Assembly: GCA_044225175.1 (NCBI GenBank)
Contig: JBGAJA010000005.1
Coordinates: 17,869-81,868, forward strand
DNA: 64,000 nucleotides
Direction: 5' to 3'
Origin: Candidatus Omnitrophota bacterium
Lineage (GTDB): Bacteria; Omnitrophota; Gorgyraeia; Zapsychrales; Fredricksoniimonadaceae
Positions 26,159 to 35,656 of the stretch are shown one piece after another. Every line of letters begins with the position of its first letter. Position 1 is the stretch's first letter. The position numbers were made by a program, and so were the translations under genes. The notes under the pieces are model-generated. The model was not told the origin of the DNA and made no database searches. It saw nothing but the letters and a program-made list of their open reading frames with translations.

Positions 26159-29100
26159 ATGCGAAGACTAATAGTCGCTCTAATCTTGGTTTGCTTTATT
26201 ATAAGCTCTTTGATTCCTATGCCTGCCAATGCCCAGGAATTTGCTTTGCCTGTCCCTGGGACGATGATTCATCTAAGTTCCCAATACACTCCAGCCCATT
26301 TAGCTGGCCTTGTGATCCACCCCGAAGATCCATTCAAATTTGATTTTTTAATTCATCGTGGCGATCAATTCGTAGGGGATGGGCTTGCCCCATCCCAAGA
26401 AGGGCGAATGCAAGATTCGCCCCTACAAGATAAACAGGTGGTCTATTCAAAATTAATTAAATACTTCCTAGCTTCACTAACCGTCCCCGATGAAGACCAA
26501 TGGGTAAATTTATCTCCCTATGAGAAGGAGCGTATCATTAATGAGAATTTTGGTAAAACAGAGATGGGGCGAGATCTGTTGGCCCAGGACTATCTATTGA
26601 AACAGATCACCGCATCCATGATTTATCCCCAAGACAAGTTAGGAGAGAAGTTTTGGGAGAAGGTGTACAGGCAAGCATGGGAGAAGTACAAGACAACCAA
26701 TATCCCAGTAAATACGTTTAATAAAGTATGGATAGTTCCCGATGAAGCAGCCGTGTACGAATCAGGGAATACAGTGTATGTGTTAAAGAACCATTTAAAA
26801 GTCATGTTAGAAGAAGATTACCTAGCCAAGAAAAAGGTGTCTGACACCTTTTTGGATGGAGCAGGTGTTAAAAAGGTGTCAGACACCTTTTTGACAAGCC
26901 AGGTGATGCGGCAGATCATTTTGCCGGAGTTGGAGCGTGAAGTTAATGAAGGGAAGAACTTTGCAAATCTTAGGCAGATCTATAGTGGGATGATCTTAGC
27001 TACATGGTACAAACGAAGCCTTAAGGAATCCATTCTTTCTAAAGCCTATGCCAATAAATCGAAGGTCAAGGGGGTCAATCAGGTTGATACCAAGGCCAAT
27101 GAGGATATATATCAGCAATATTTGAAATCCTTTAAGAAGGGAGTATTTAACTACATCAAAGAGGATGTGGATAAGTATTCGAAACAGGCTATTCCTAGGA
27201 AGTATTTTTCAGGTGGAATGACCCATGGGTTAGAGAAAGTGAATGTTTATAGTTCAGATAAAGCCATGCCGGCTGAATATCGTCCTGATGCCGCGACGCT
27301 ATCAGGCCTTGATATAGCTCAGGTATTACTAAGAACGGATAGGGAAATAACAGATATAAGAAATGATGCTAGTAGAAGAATAGACATCAATTTGTCTGAA
27401 TTTATTTATAAATTCTTGTTAACTAAGTCAGGAATATACAGATTATTTAAAGGAAATCCCCCTATTCAAATGTCTAGATCATGGAACATCAAAAGAGAAA
27501 AGAAGAGTGAAGATCAAGAATTGCCAGACCGTAGTTATTATGAGCAATTGAATGATGAAAATGATGCTAAATCTTTTGATGAATTGATGGCGCAGCTATT
27601 GCCTCAAGTCCTAAATAATAAGATTCCAGGCATTCTTTATAAGCCCAATCAAGCAGGAAATGGGCGAGGAATATTCTTTATTGAGAGAAATTCAGAGGGT
27701 GGTTTAACAGTAACAATGCTTTCAAGACCAAAAAGACAAGGAGAGTTGTCTCCAGAGGAACTTACTCAGATTCTTAGTCCTGGTATAGAAGTCCGAACAA
27801 GTTTAGAAGAAGAAATCATGCAGTTTGATCTTCCAAAGACTATGGGTGAGAATCGTCACAGAGAGATTTTAAAGAATTTGTGGAGTTATTTATCGACAAG
27901 AGAAGGAGCTTATGATTCTGGCATCATTCAAGTGATGGAGTCTTTTGTAAAGGTTTCCAACCCGCAGGAACACAAGCGTCGTGCCTTTGATACTAGGTTT
28001 GTATTTCATGGAAATTTATCTTCTGGACGTATTAAATTTATTTCTAATGAATCAATTGGAAGGGTAGGTTCTTCGTCATACTTTTCTAATTTGGGTGGTA
28101 GTCCCAATCTTTCAGATCATCCTTATGGATTTAAAGGGGAATCAAGGCCGTATTGGTATAATAGCCAGGATATGTTTAAGCCTGTATTTGATGCTTTTCC
28201 AGAGTTGTTTGATTCTTTTAAGAATGCAAAGGCTTCTGAGGAGAAAAGAAAATTTATTGCTGACACCTACAAAAGACTTGAGGAACAATTTAGATACTTA
28301 ACCGAACGATTAAAATCCACTGGAGCTAATTTAGATTTAATGGTGGATGGACAATTTGACTTAATGTGGAAGAAACCCTTTAAAGTCGGGGATTTTCCTG
28401 AGCCGATTTTGGTTGAATCATGGATCAATCTATTAGATCCAGGAAAAGATTTGTCTGGAATTAAGTTTCAATTAGAAGCGGATAAAGATCATGCTATGGT
28501 GATTGCTGTTGGTCAAAAAGAGAAGTTTATACTTCCTCATGGGGTATCGTGGATCAAAATAGGAGAAGTTCCTATTGAAGTCACTTGCAGAGCTAGTGAG
28601 ATTTATTTGAATGCCTATAGGATTGGCTGGCATGGCCCTATTTTAAAAGATGGTTCAATCGATTTGAATGATTTAACTAATACACAAGTGCCTATTGTGG
28701 TTAATAGGTTGCCAGGTAATACCAATATATTAATTATAGAAAATAAATCGTACGAACCTTTAGGAGTTATTCCAAATTATTCAGAAGAATCATTAGGAGT
28801 TAAAAGGCATGGATTGGCTTTGTTTAAGGATCAATCATCTATTTTGTTGTTTAAGAAAGGGCGAGAACAAGATTTTATAATCATGGGGGATTACTTTAAA
28901 GTCAAATTCTCTCAAGAGGGCATTTATTTCTCATCGATGGCATTTGGAATCGAAGATGATTTTATAAAACAAGGAGAGTCGAAGGATTATGACTTGAGAA
29001 ATGGGACAGCTTTTACACTTGAAGTTTCATCTCATGATCCTCGCCGCATCATTATTAGAAATAAACGTACCATCCCATTATATATTTCCAATATTCCGGG

Positions 29101-32100
29101 TATTGAAGATATGTCTCATATTAAAGGTAAAAATATTTTCACATTTCAAAGAACAGAACAACGGAAGCCAATTAAGATCAATGGAGTTCCTTTTACCATA
29201 GAACGTACGGGTGATTCTTTTTTTGTAAGATCCCCATTCTATGAGGGATTCTTATCGATGCGTCAGCAAGAGTCTTTAGATGTTCGTATTCCAGATCAGC
29301 CTCAAATTAATCAAAAAGCTTTTCAGATTAGATTTTTGATTCCAAGCGGTGGGTATGACTTTGTTATTCTGAATCTGACAGAAGAATCTTTGATTATTGA
29401 GGAAGATCAAACTTCAGCTATTTGGATAGGGGATCGAAAACCTTCTCCTTTATGGAAAGATTTAGAGGAAACTTTAATTGAAGTGGAAGGCCAAAGTAAA
29501 AATGAAGTTAATAAAGCAGTGAGGCTGTTGAAAGAAAAGCCTATAACAGTGTGGAAGATAGGCGTCTATGAGGGTAGATGGACTCAAGATATTGCAAGAA
29601 GAAATGAGAATATAGGACTAATTGTAACTGAGAATTTTTCTGCACAAACTAATTCCAGGCCTGGAGACTCATTGGATGATTGGAGGCGAGGATCTTTGGA
29701 TGTTCAAATACAGCAACCTGATAATTTAGCTGTCCTTAATGGTTCAGTTCGCAGTATCCTTAGTAATATGCCGGATAATTCTTTAGATACTATTATTTTT
29801 GAGAATACTGAAGCACGCAGTTTTTCTGAAGGCCAGGAAGTAGTTGTTTTAGATGGGAGAGATAAGCAAAGAACGTGGACTTTTCTAAGTAGGAATATTT
29901 CTCTCGTGTTGAGAAAATTAAAGCCTGGTGGAAAATTGATTATTGCGCCGTACCATTTATCTAATACTTATCAAATAGCAAATAATGAATTCTACAAAAC
30001 TTGGCAGAAAAGTGAGACTCCAGGAATAGATTTCACGACAAGAAAATCATATTGGGCTTATTCTAAGGACATTGCAGTTCTGATTAAAGACAGTGCAATG
30101 AAAGCGGATCACAAGGAAGATATTATTTCAGTTGAACAGTTCAGAAAAATTATGAGCAGGGCTATTTTAAGAGCAGACCCTAATATTTTTGAATTTAAAG
30201 ATAGAACGGCATCTTTTTTTAATGCTTTTTTAAATGCATTATTAGAGCATGACATTAAGAAGGGAAGATCAGCTTCAGAGGTAATGATGGCTATATCGCA
30301 AATCATTGATTTGTTGCAGCCAGAGAACTTTACTAAACATACATTTACCAATCCTGAAGCATATGTGCGTGAATGGGTGGAGGATTATGCTCCTTATTTT
30401 AAAGAGGATAAAACTTTTGAGAAATCAGCTATTGTGGCCCTTAAGTATTTATTGAAAAATCCAGAACATCAAAGTACAGAAGCTGATGATGAGGGATTTG
30501 AAGATACGGTGGACCCAGACCAAAATGTTTCTTTCAATGATCAAGGAGCTAAATTGCTTAAAATGGCTTTTAATGCTTTGCAGTTATATGTAAAGGCTAA
30601 GGCCAAGATGAAAGCTATTTTACAAAGATTCCCAAAAATTGAATCGATGGAATTGTATCCGAATCATACCTCAACAATTTTTCTGGATAAAAAGTACCCA
30701 CAGGCACAAATCTTTTATTTAAATGGGATGGAAGCTTCTGTACAACGAGATGATCAGGGAGATGTTTTTTTATCGATTCCTGAAATTGAGATTCAATCTA
30801 AAGAAATTGAACAAGGAGGATTTGTTTCTTACGATATAAGAGGAGTCAGTGTTGGGATCCAATTATCAGATTATACAGATCGTGTGGTTATTAAGAACTT
30901 GAACCCAATGGTACCCATGGTTCTAGCCATCGAGAATTTACCAGCCATTGTTGAAAGTTCTTCTATATTTAATGAAGAGCAAAATTCTTTGAATGACTCT
31001 TTTTTTCTTCCCTGGCGTGAGAGAGCCACACTTTCTTTTTTCGGAAATGAAAATACTGAGAAAGAATTTCAGTTAAATGGAAGGGTTTTTAAGGTCCTTT
31101 TCTTATCTAAAGGTAGTATTTTATTACAGCATGGCAGCTCAAATGAATTTATTCCCTCGAAAAGTTCCAAGATAATTTCTCTGCCTGCAGATGAAAAGAG
31201 TAATAATTCTCTTAATGTCAGCATATCATCTCCTCAAGGACAGTTAAAATTGACAATTGTGAATCTAAGTGAGCAATCCTTAAAAATTGAAAATAAATTT
31301 AATCGCTTAGCGGACGTGGCGCGAGATTCTGAGAAGATCGTTATTAGTACAATTGAGCAAGTAGAAGAAATTGCCAAATCTTATGTGCAAGATACTCGTT
31401 TAGGAGAACAAATGGTTAAGGACACGAATTTGGGGGAAGATGATTTGATTGTAGTTTTGACATTTATTCTTCTTGATAAATATTTAAATGAGAAAAATAT
31501 AGATTTAAATATTGAAGATCCCCAGCAATTAACTCGGGAAGTCAAGAAGCGCGCCAAGAATATTAAATGGCGAGAGTACCTCGTTAAGAAATTTAATCTT
31601 AAGCAGAGAGGTCAAAGAAATAATAGGGGTAGTAGCAGGAATGAAATTATAAATCCTTCTTATGAAACTTCAGATTCTCTAAATACCTCAGGGCAGATTA
31701 CACATGGTGAGTTTTATGCGCGATTACAGATGTTAAAAGAGGGGTTAAGAGCATTAATAGATTCTTGGGAAACACGACAGGAATACTCGGACACTTTTAG
31801 AGAAGAAAGTACTATAAAGTTCTTACTTACCACGGAAAATTTTCTTAGAGTTATTCAAACTTTAGATAATGATCGTGTCAATATTGAGAATTTAAGTCTT
31901 GAGTTTGGTTTTGAATCAGCTGGCTTTATAAATAATCTTAAGAAGTCTATTGAATCCAATGCCATACAATCGGAAGTAAGTTACATTATCAATACGATTG
32001 CTCTGATTTTAGGAATGGATAAGAAAAATCCTAATTATTTTTATACGATGACAGGGGATGAAGATGATAAATCCCTTAAAGAACTTACAATTTATAAACA

Positions 32101-32371
32101 TGCTAAGCAGATTTCTAGAATTAATGGGAGTGGAAGTCATGATGCGGCTATGGTTGCGTTGAATAAAGGAGGTATTGATTTTAATTCGTCCAATTTAAAT
32201 CTTCAAATCAAACGTGATGGCAAGGGTGTGCCATTGCCTTTTGCCCAGCAAGATATGGCCCAAATCAATAATATTGAGGGCTTTGTGCCAGTGATTCTAG
32301 AGATCAAACCTGCCGGTAACTTGCCTTTTTTTTCCGAACTTCAGGCGCAGAATAAGTTTGCGACTAGATAG
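26159..32371 (+). CDS. Giant secreted multidomain protein, paralog 2. Conserved N- and C-modules with a central region containing a TTL/ATP-grasp-like motif and a possible methyltransferase-like motif
   Basis: 2070 aa. Signal peptide MRRLIVALILVCFIISSLIPMPANAQE. N-module about 60% identical to paralogs 1 and 3. KPNQAGNGRGIFFIE resembles the tubulin-tyrosine-ligase/ATP-grasp P-loop. LKPGGKLIIAPY resembles MTase motif III. The C-terminal GGIDFNSSNLNLQIKRDGKGVPLP... is shared with paralog 3. Confidence 0.8.
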   Translation: MRRLIVALILVCFIISSLIPMPANAQEFALPVPGTMIHLSSQYTPAHLAGLVIHPEDPFKFDFLIHRGDQFVGDGLAPSQEGRMQDSPLQDKQVVYSKLIKYFLASLTVPDEDQWVNLSPYEKERIINENFGKTEMGRDLLAQDYLLKQITASMIYPQDKLGEKFWEKVYRQAWEKYKTTNIPVNTFNKVWIVPDEAAVYESGNTVYVLKNHLKVMLEEDYLAKKKVSDTFLDGAGVKKVSDTFLTSQVMRQIILPELEREVNEGKNFANLRQIYSGMILATWYKRSLKESILSKAYANKSKVKGVNQVDTKANEDIYQQYLKSFKKGVFNYIKEDVDKYSKQAIPRKYFSGGMTHGLEKVNVYSSDKAMPAEYRPDAATLSGLDIAQVLLRTDREITDIRNDASRRIDINLSEFIYKFLLTKSGIYRLFKGNPPIQMSRSWNIKREKKSEDQELPDRSYYEQLNDENDAKSFDELMAQLLPQVLNNKIPGILYKPNQAGNGRGIFFIERNSEGGLTVTMLSRPKRQGELSPEELTQILSPGIEVRTSLEEEIMQFDLPKTMGENRHREILKNLWSYLSTREGAYDSGIIQVMESFVKVSNPQEHKRRAFDTRFVFHGNLSSGRIKFISNESIGRVGSSSYFSNLGGSPNLSDHPYGFKGESRPYWYNSQDMFKPVFDAFPELFDSFKNAKASEEKRKFIADTYKRLEEQFRYLTERLKSTGANLDLMVDGQFDLMWKKPFKVGDFPEPILVESWINLLDPGKDLSGIKFQLEADKDHAMVIAVGQKEKFILPHGVSWIKIGEVPIEVTCRASEIYLNAYRIGWHGPILKDGSIDLNDLTNTQVPIVVNRLPGNTNILIIENKSYEPLGVIPNYSEESLGVKRHGLALFKDQSSILLFKKGREQDFIIMGDYFKVKFSQEGIYFSSMAFGIEDDFIKQGESKDYDLRNGTAFTLEVSSHDPRRIIIRNKRTIPLYISNIPGIEDMSHIKGKNIFTFQRTEQRKPIKINGVPFTIERTGDSFFVRSPFYEGFLSMRQQESLDVRIPDQPQINQKAFQIRFLIPSGGYDFVILNLTEESLIIEEDQTSAIWIGDRKPSPLWKDLEETLIEVEGQSKNEVNKAVRLLKEKPITVWKIGVYEGRWTQDIARRNENIGLIVTENFSAQTNSRPGDSLDDWRRGSLDVQIQQPDNLAVLNGSVRSILSNMPDNSLDTIIFENTEARSFSEGQEVVVLDGRDKQRTWTFLSRNISLVLRKLKPGGKLIIAPYHLSNTYQIANNEFYKTWQKSETPGIDFTTRKSYWAYSKDIAVLIKDSAMKADHKEDIISVEQFRKIMSRAILRADPNIFEFKDRTASFFNAFLNALLEHDIKKGRSASEVMMAISQIIDLLQPENFTKHTFTNPEAYVREWVEDYAPYFKEDKTFEKSAIVALKYLLKNPEHQSTEADDEGFEDTVDPDQNVSFNDQGAKLLKMAFNALQLYVKAKAKMKAILQRFPKIESMELYPNHTSTIFLDKKYPQAQIFYLNGMEASVQRDDQGDVFLSIPEIEIQSKEIEQGGFVSYDIRGVSVGIQLSDYTDRVVIKNLNPMVPMVLAIENLPAIVESSSIFNEEQNSLNDSFFLPWRERATLSFFGNENTEKEFQLNGRVFKVLFLSKGSILLQHGSSNEFIPSKSSKIISLPADEKSNNSLNVSISSPQGQLKLTIVNLSEQSLKIENKFNRLADVARDSEKIVISTIEQVEEIAKSYVQDTRLGEQMVKDTNLGEDDLIVVLTFILLDKYLNEKNIDLNIEDPQQLTREVKKRAKNIKWREYLVKKFNLKQRGQRNNRGSSRNEIINPSYETSDSLNTSGQITHGEFYARLQMLKEGLRALIDSWETRQEYSDTFREESTIKFLLTTENFLRVIQTLDNDRVNIENLSLEFGFESAGFINNLKKSIESNAIQSEVSYIINTIALILGMDKKNPNYFYTMTGDEDDKSLKELTIYKHAKQISRINGSGSHDAAMVALNKGGIDFNSSNLNLQIKRDGKGVPLPFAQQDMAQINNIEGFVPVILEIKPAGNLPFFSELQAQNKFATR
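26831..26893 (+). repeat. Two tandem in-frame copies of the 24-bp palindromic element (AAAAAGGTGTCTGACACCTTTTTG / ...GTCAGAC...) inside giant paralog 2, encoding the duplicated peptide KKVSDTFL
   Basis: Copies at 26831-26854 and 26870-26893, separated by 15 bp. Identical to the intergenic hairpin at 9613-9636. They sit in a linker that is hypervariable among the three paralogs. Confidence 0.75.
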
Positions 32372-32464
32372 ATTGAATAAAATTGTTTTATATTATATTG
32401 CAGTCGAAAATCCTTTCCGTTAATATAAATTCTGTTATATCAATTCAACCCTAGAAATTTTCCC

Positions 32465-32956
32465 ATGAACATTGATTTTTCTAAAAAAACTCTCGAACAA
32501 TACATTAATCAGCTTTCTAGCAAAGAACCTGTTCCAGGTGGAGGTTCAGCTGCAGGTTTAACAGCGGCATTAGGGGCTGGGCTGGTGAGTATGGTTGCCA
32601 ATTACTCCATTGGGCGTAAAGCTAATACCCCTGCGATCGAAAAGAAGTTAAAGGCAATTCTTACCCAAAGTGAAGCTATTCGAAAGCGTCTTTTGGAGCT
32701 TTCGAGTTTAGATTCGGAAGCTTATTTACAGGTCGTAGCTGCCAGAACTTTGGATAAATCCTCACAAAAGAAAGCTTCCAAGCAAGCTCGTGCAGTTCCC
32801 TTAGAGATTTGTAAGCTTTGTTATAAGGCTTTAGATTTAACACCTTTTTTAGTCGCTAATGGAAATCCTTATTTGATGTCAGATGTTCAGGTGGCAGTTG
32901 AACTGCTGGAGGCTGGTTTTAATGGAGCAATGGTTATGGTGAGGGTGAATTCATGA
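32465..32956 (+). CDS. fchA: Methenyltetrahydrofolate cyclohydrolase / formiminotransferase-cyclodeaminase-domain protein (FchA-like)
   Basis: 163 aa. PVPGGGSAAGLTAALGAGLVSMVANYS is the cyclodeaminase (FTCD_C) signature. Coupled to folD. Confidence 0.7.
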   Translation: MNIDFSKKTLEQYINQLSSKEPVPGGGSAAGLTAALGAGLVSMVANYSIGRKANTPAIEKKLKAILTQSEAIRKRLLELSSLDSEAYLQVVAARTLDKSSQKKASKQARAVPLEICKLCYKALDLTPFLVANGNPYLMSDVQVAVELLEAGFNGAMVMVRVNS

Positions 32957-33810
32957 GTGCGCAAATATTAGATGGTAAAATTTTGGCTTCTCAACTAAAG
33001 GCACAATTGCAAGGAGCATTGGAAGATCTTCGCAAGATTAATAAGTCGGTATCTATTGTGAGTATTACGGTCGGCCAGGATCCTAGTGCATTTTCCTACC
33101 TTAAATCTCAAAAGAGAATTGCTGATGAATTAGGGATTCAATATCGACATGAAGAGCTTTCTATCACAACTGCCTATGAAGAAACGTTAGAAGTCATGGC
33201 TTTTATTAAAGATTTGAATAACGATCCACTGATTGATGGGGTCATCATTAATAAGCCTCTTCCAAGCGATATGGATTATTCTGTCTTGGTTAATCATTTA
33301 AATCCTGCAAAAGATATTGAAGGATTAGGTGAGACTAATTTGGGACGTCTATTGCTGGGTAAGAACAATGCTCTTCTTCCTTGCACAGCTGCAGCAGCTG
33401 TTGCTTTGCTTAAATCAGCCAATGTTAACCTACAAGGCAAACAAGCTGTCATTATTGGCCGAAGTGAGATTGTAGGGAAACCTGCCGCTTTGCTTTTATT
33501 AAAAGAAAATATGACTGTGACGATCTGTCACTCTAAGACGGAGAACTTGCCGGAACATGTCAAGCAAGCAGATGTTGTTATTGCAGCTATTGGTCATAAA
33601 CGTTTTGTTAAAGGTGAATGGTTAAAACAAGGGGCGATCGTTATAGATGTAGGCATTAATGATGAAGATGGAAAGATTGTAGGAGATGTAGATTTTCAAT
33701 CCTGCCAGGAAAAAGCTTCGTTTATTTCTCCTGTTCCAGGAGGGGTTGGTCCTGTCACAGCTGTCATGTTAATGAAAAATGCATTGGAGGCTTGTAAGCA
33801 TCGAATATGA
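32953..33810 (+). CDS. folD: Bifunctional methylenetetrahydrofolate dehydrogenase/cyclohydrolase
   Basis: 285 aa. MSAQILDGK..., GRSEIVGKP, and a C-terminal PVPGGVGPVT motif. Confidence 0.9.
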   Translation: MSAQILDGKILASQLKAQLQGALEDLRKINKSVSIVSITVGQDPSAFSYLKSQKRIADELGIQYRHEELSITTAYEETLEVMAFIKDLNNDPLIDGVIINKPLPSDMDYSVLVNHLNPAKDIEGLGETNLGRLLLGKNNALLPCTAAAAVALLKSANVNLQGKQAVIIGRSEIVGKPAALLLLKENMTVTICHSKTENLPEHVKQADVVIAAIGHKRFVKGEWLKQGAIVIDVGINDEDGKIVGDVDFQSCQEKASFISPVPGGVGPVTAVMLMKNALEACKHRI

Positions 33811-34850
33811 GTAAAACGTTGATTGTAGGAAATTCTCTGGTTGTCGTAGAAGCAATAAAAACTATTCGTCAAAGTGATTTGGAGTCTGAAATTTCATTGT
33901 TCTGTACTGAAAGTCTTTTGCCCTATGATCGATATCTTCTGCCTTCTTTAGTTGCCGGAGAAATGAAAGAAAATCAAATCTGTTCTTTGAAAGAAGGATT
34001 CTTTACAAACAACCATGTCGAAGTGATTGCTAATGAAAAAATTGCCCGCGTAAGTCTTAAGAGGCAATATGTCACGACTCAAAGCAAGAAGCAAATTGAG
34101 TTTGATCAATTGTTGGTGGCGGATTTGGGTGTTTTGAAAGATTCTCCTGTTAAAGGGCATCAAAAGAAGGGTGTCTTTGACTGTTCTCTTCTTTCTTCAG
34201 TCAAAGATATGATTAAATTTCTTCCATTTGTCGACTCAGCATTCGTGAATGTTACCAATTTGCAGGGCTTTAATATGGCTTGTGCTTTACATAAATTAGG
34301 AAAAGAAGTAGTGATCGTGACTTCGGATACAACTTTATTATCAAATATATTTGATGAAGAAACAGGATCTCTGCTTAAACAAATTATTGAAGGTAAAGGT
34401 GTTCGAGTGCTTTTGAGCAGTTCTATTGATGAGATTTTAGGTGATAGTGAAATTAAGGCTATTAAATTAGCTTCTGGAAAAGTCTTTGCAACTCAAATGG
34501 TCATTTTTGACTCTCTTGAATTAGATCAAAGGCTTTTAGAGACCGATGAAGGATATCAAAAGATTGAAGATCAATTTTTTGATTCAAAATTACCTGCTTC
34601 TGGTTTGCATTTTGGGTTTAATCTTTTAAATGGTTTTTGCTTAGGGGTAACTAAAATTCCTCCAGATGGTCGAGAATATTTAAAATTTGATGGACCGGTC
34701 AATATTTTTAAAAAGATTTTTGCAAAAGGCGATGAGATGGTAGGTGCGGTATTGTTTAACTCTCCAACAGATATCCAGGGACTCTCTCAGATTATTATCA
34801 ATAAGACTTCTATATCTGGAAAAGAAGAGGCCCTCATCGGAGGTTTGTGA
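33807..34850 (+). CDS. Degenerate pyridine nucleotide-disulfide oxidoreductase-like protein; glycine-rich FAD/NAD motifs are lost
   Basis: 347 aa. PYDRYLLPSLVAG mimics the PY(D/S)RPPLSK motif of rubredoxin/nitrite-reductase-type flavoproteins. However, LIVGNSLVVVEA and VVIVTSDTTLL replace both GxGxxG dinucleotide motifs. Confidence 0.45.
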   Translation: MSKTLIVGNSLVVVEAIKTIRQSDLESEISLFCTESLLPYDRYLLPSLVAGEMKENQICSLKEGFFTNNHVEVIANEKIARVSLKRQYVTTQSKKQIEFDQLLVADLGVLKDSPVKGHQKKGVFDCSLLSSVKDMIKFLPFVDSAFVNVTNLQGFNMACALHKLGKEVVIVTSDTTLLSNIFDEETGSLLKQIIEGKGVRVLLSSSIDEILGDSEIKAIKLASGKVFATQMVIFDSLELDQRLLETDEGYQKIEDQFFDSKLPASGLHFGFNLLNGFCLGVTKIPPDGREYLKFDGPVNIFKKIFAKGDEMVGAVLFNSPTDIQGLSQIIINKTSISGKEEALIGGL

Positions 34851-35650
34851 TGAAACAATTTCAGGTTATTCTTTTATTGATTCTTTGTTTTGGAAACATA
34901 GCTTGGGATTGGCAGAAACCCAAAGACCAGGAGTATATGGATAAGGGTAATCAAGCTTATGCTTCTGGAAATCGTTCTGAGGCTCTTGGTCAATATCAAA
35001 ATGCATTAATGGTCAATCCAAGAAATATTAAAGCACTTAATCTTTTAGGCATTCTTTATGAAGAAATGGGTTTTCCAGAGAAGGCTGAGGAAAAATATTT
35101 AACTGCTATTAAAGTGGATAGACACTTTTTACCCCCGTATTTAAATTTAGGTTTTTTGTATTGGAATAAAGGGGATCAAAGACAAGCGACATACTTCTTT
35201 GAAGAAAGAGTCCGATTGGGAAGATCTAATGACCCTTGGACAGTCAAGGCCAAGAATGCTTTGAAGAAGATCAAAGAACAGAACGATAAGACAATTCCTG
35301 TAGAACTTCCATCACCTACGCCCGATAATTCTGAGCGTTTAAAAGATGTCAATGAAGCTTTAGATCAGTTCGAGACTCCAAAGACCAAAGTAAATGCTAT
35401 TTCATCAGCTAAGAAAATTACAGTAACAACTGAGCTCTATGGCCAAGAGGAACTCCAAGGCCAAACTCAAGAAATGGATAGTCAACAGCTTTTCAATCAA
35501 GGACAACAATTTGTCTCTCAAGGGAATTATCAAAAAGCTATTTCAGCATATGATCAAGCTTTAAAACTCACGCCAGGAAATCCTCAGATTATCAAAGCTA
35601 GGGTGGCTGCTTATTTAGAGTGGAAACAACCAGAAAATCATGAGCAATAG
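34847..35650 (+). CDS. Tetratricopeptide-repeat protein with N-terminal signal/anchor
   Basis: 267 aa. Several TPR-like units (ALGQYQNALMVNPRNIKALNLLGILYEEMG..., GNYQKAISAYDQALKLTPGN). Confidence 0.6.
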   Translation: MMKQFQVILLLILCFGNIAWDWQKPKDQEYMDKGNQAYASGNRSEALGQYQNALMVNPRNIKALNLLGILYEEMGFPEKAEEKYLTAIKVDRHFLPPYLNLGFLYWNKGDQRQATYFFEERVRLGRSNDPWTVKAKNALKKIKEQNDKTIPVELPSPTPDNSERLKDVNEALDQFETPKTKVNAISSAKKITVTTELYGQEELQGQTQEMDSQQLFNQGQQFVSQGNYQKAISAYDQALKLTPGNPQIIKARVAAYLEWKQPENHEQ

Positions 35651-35656
35651 GCTGTA

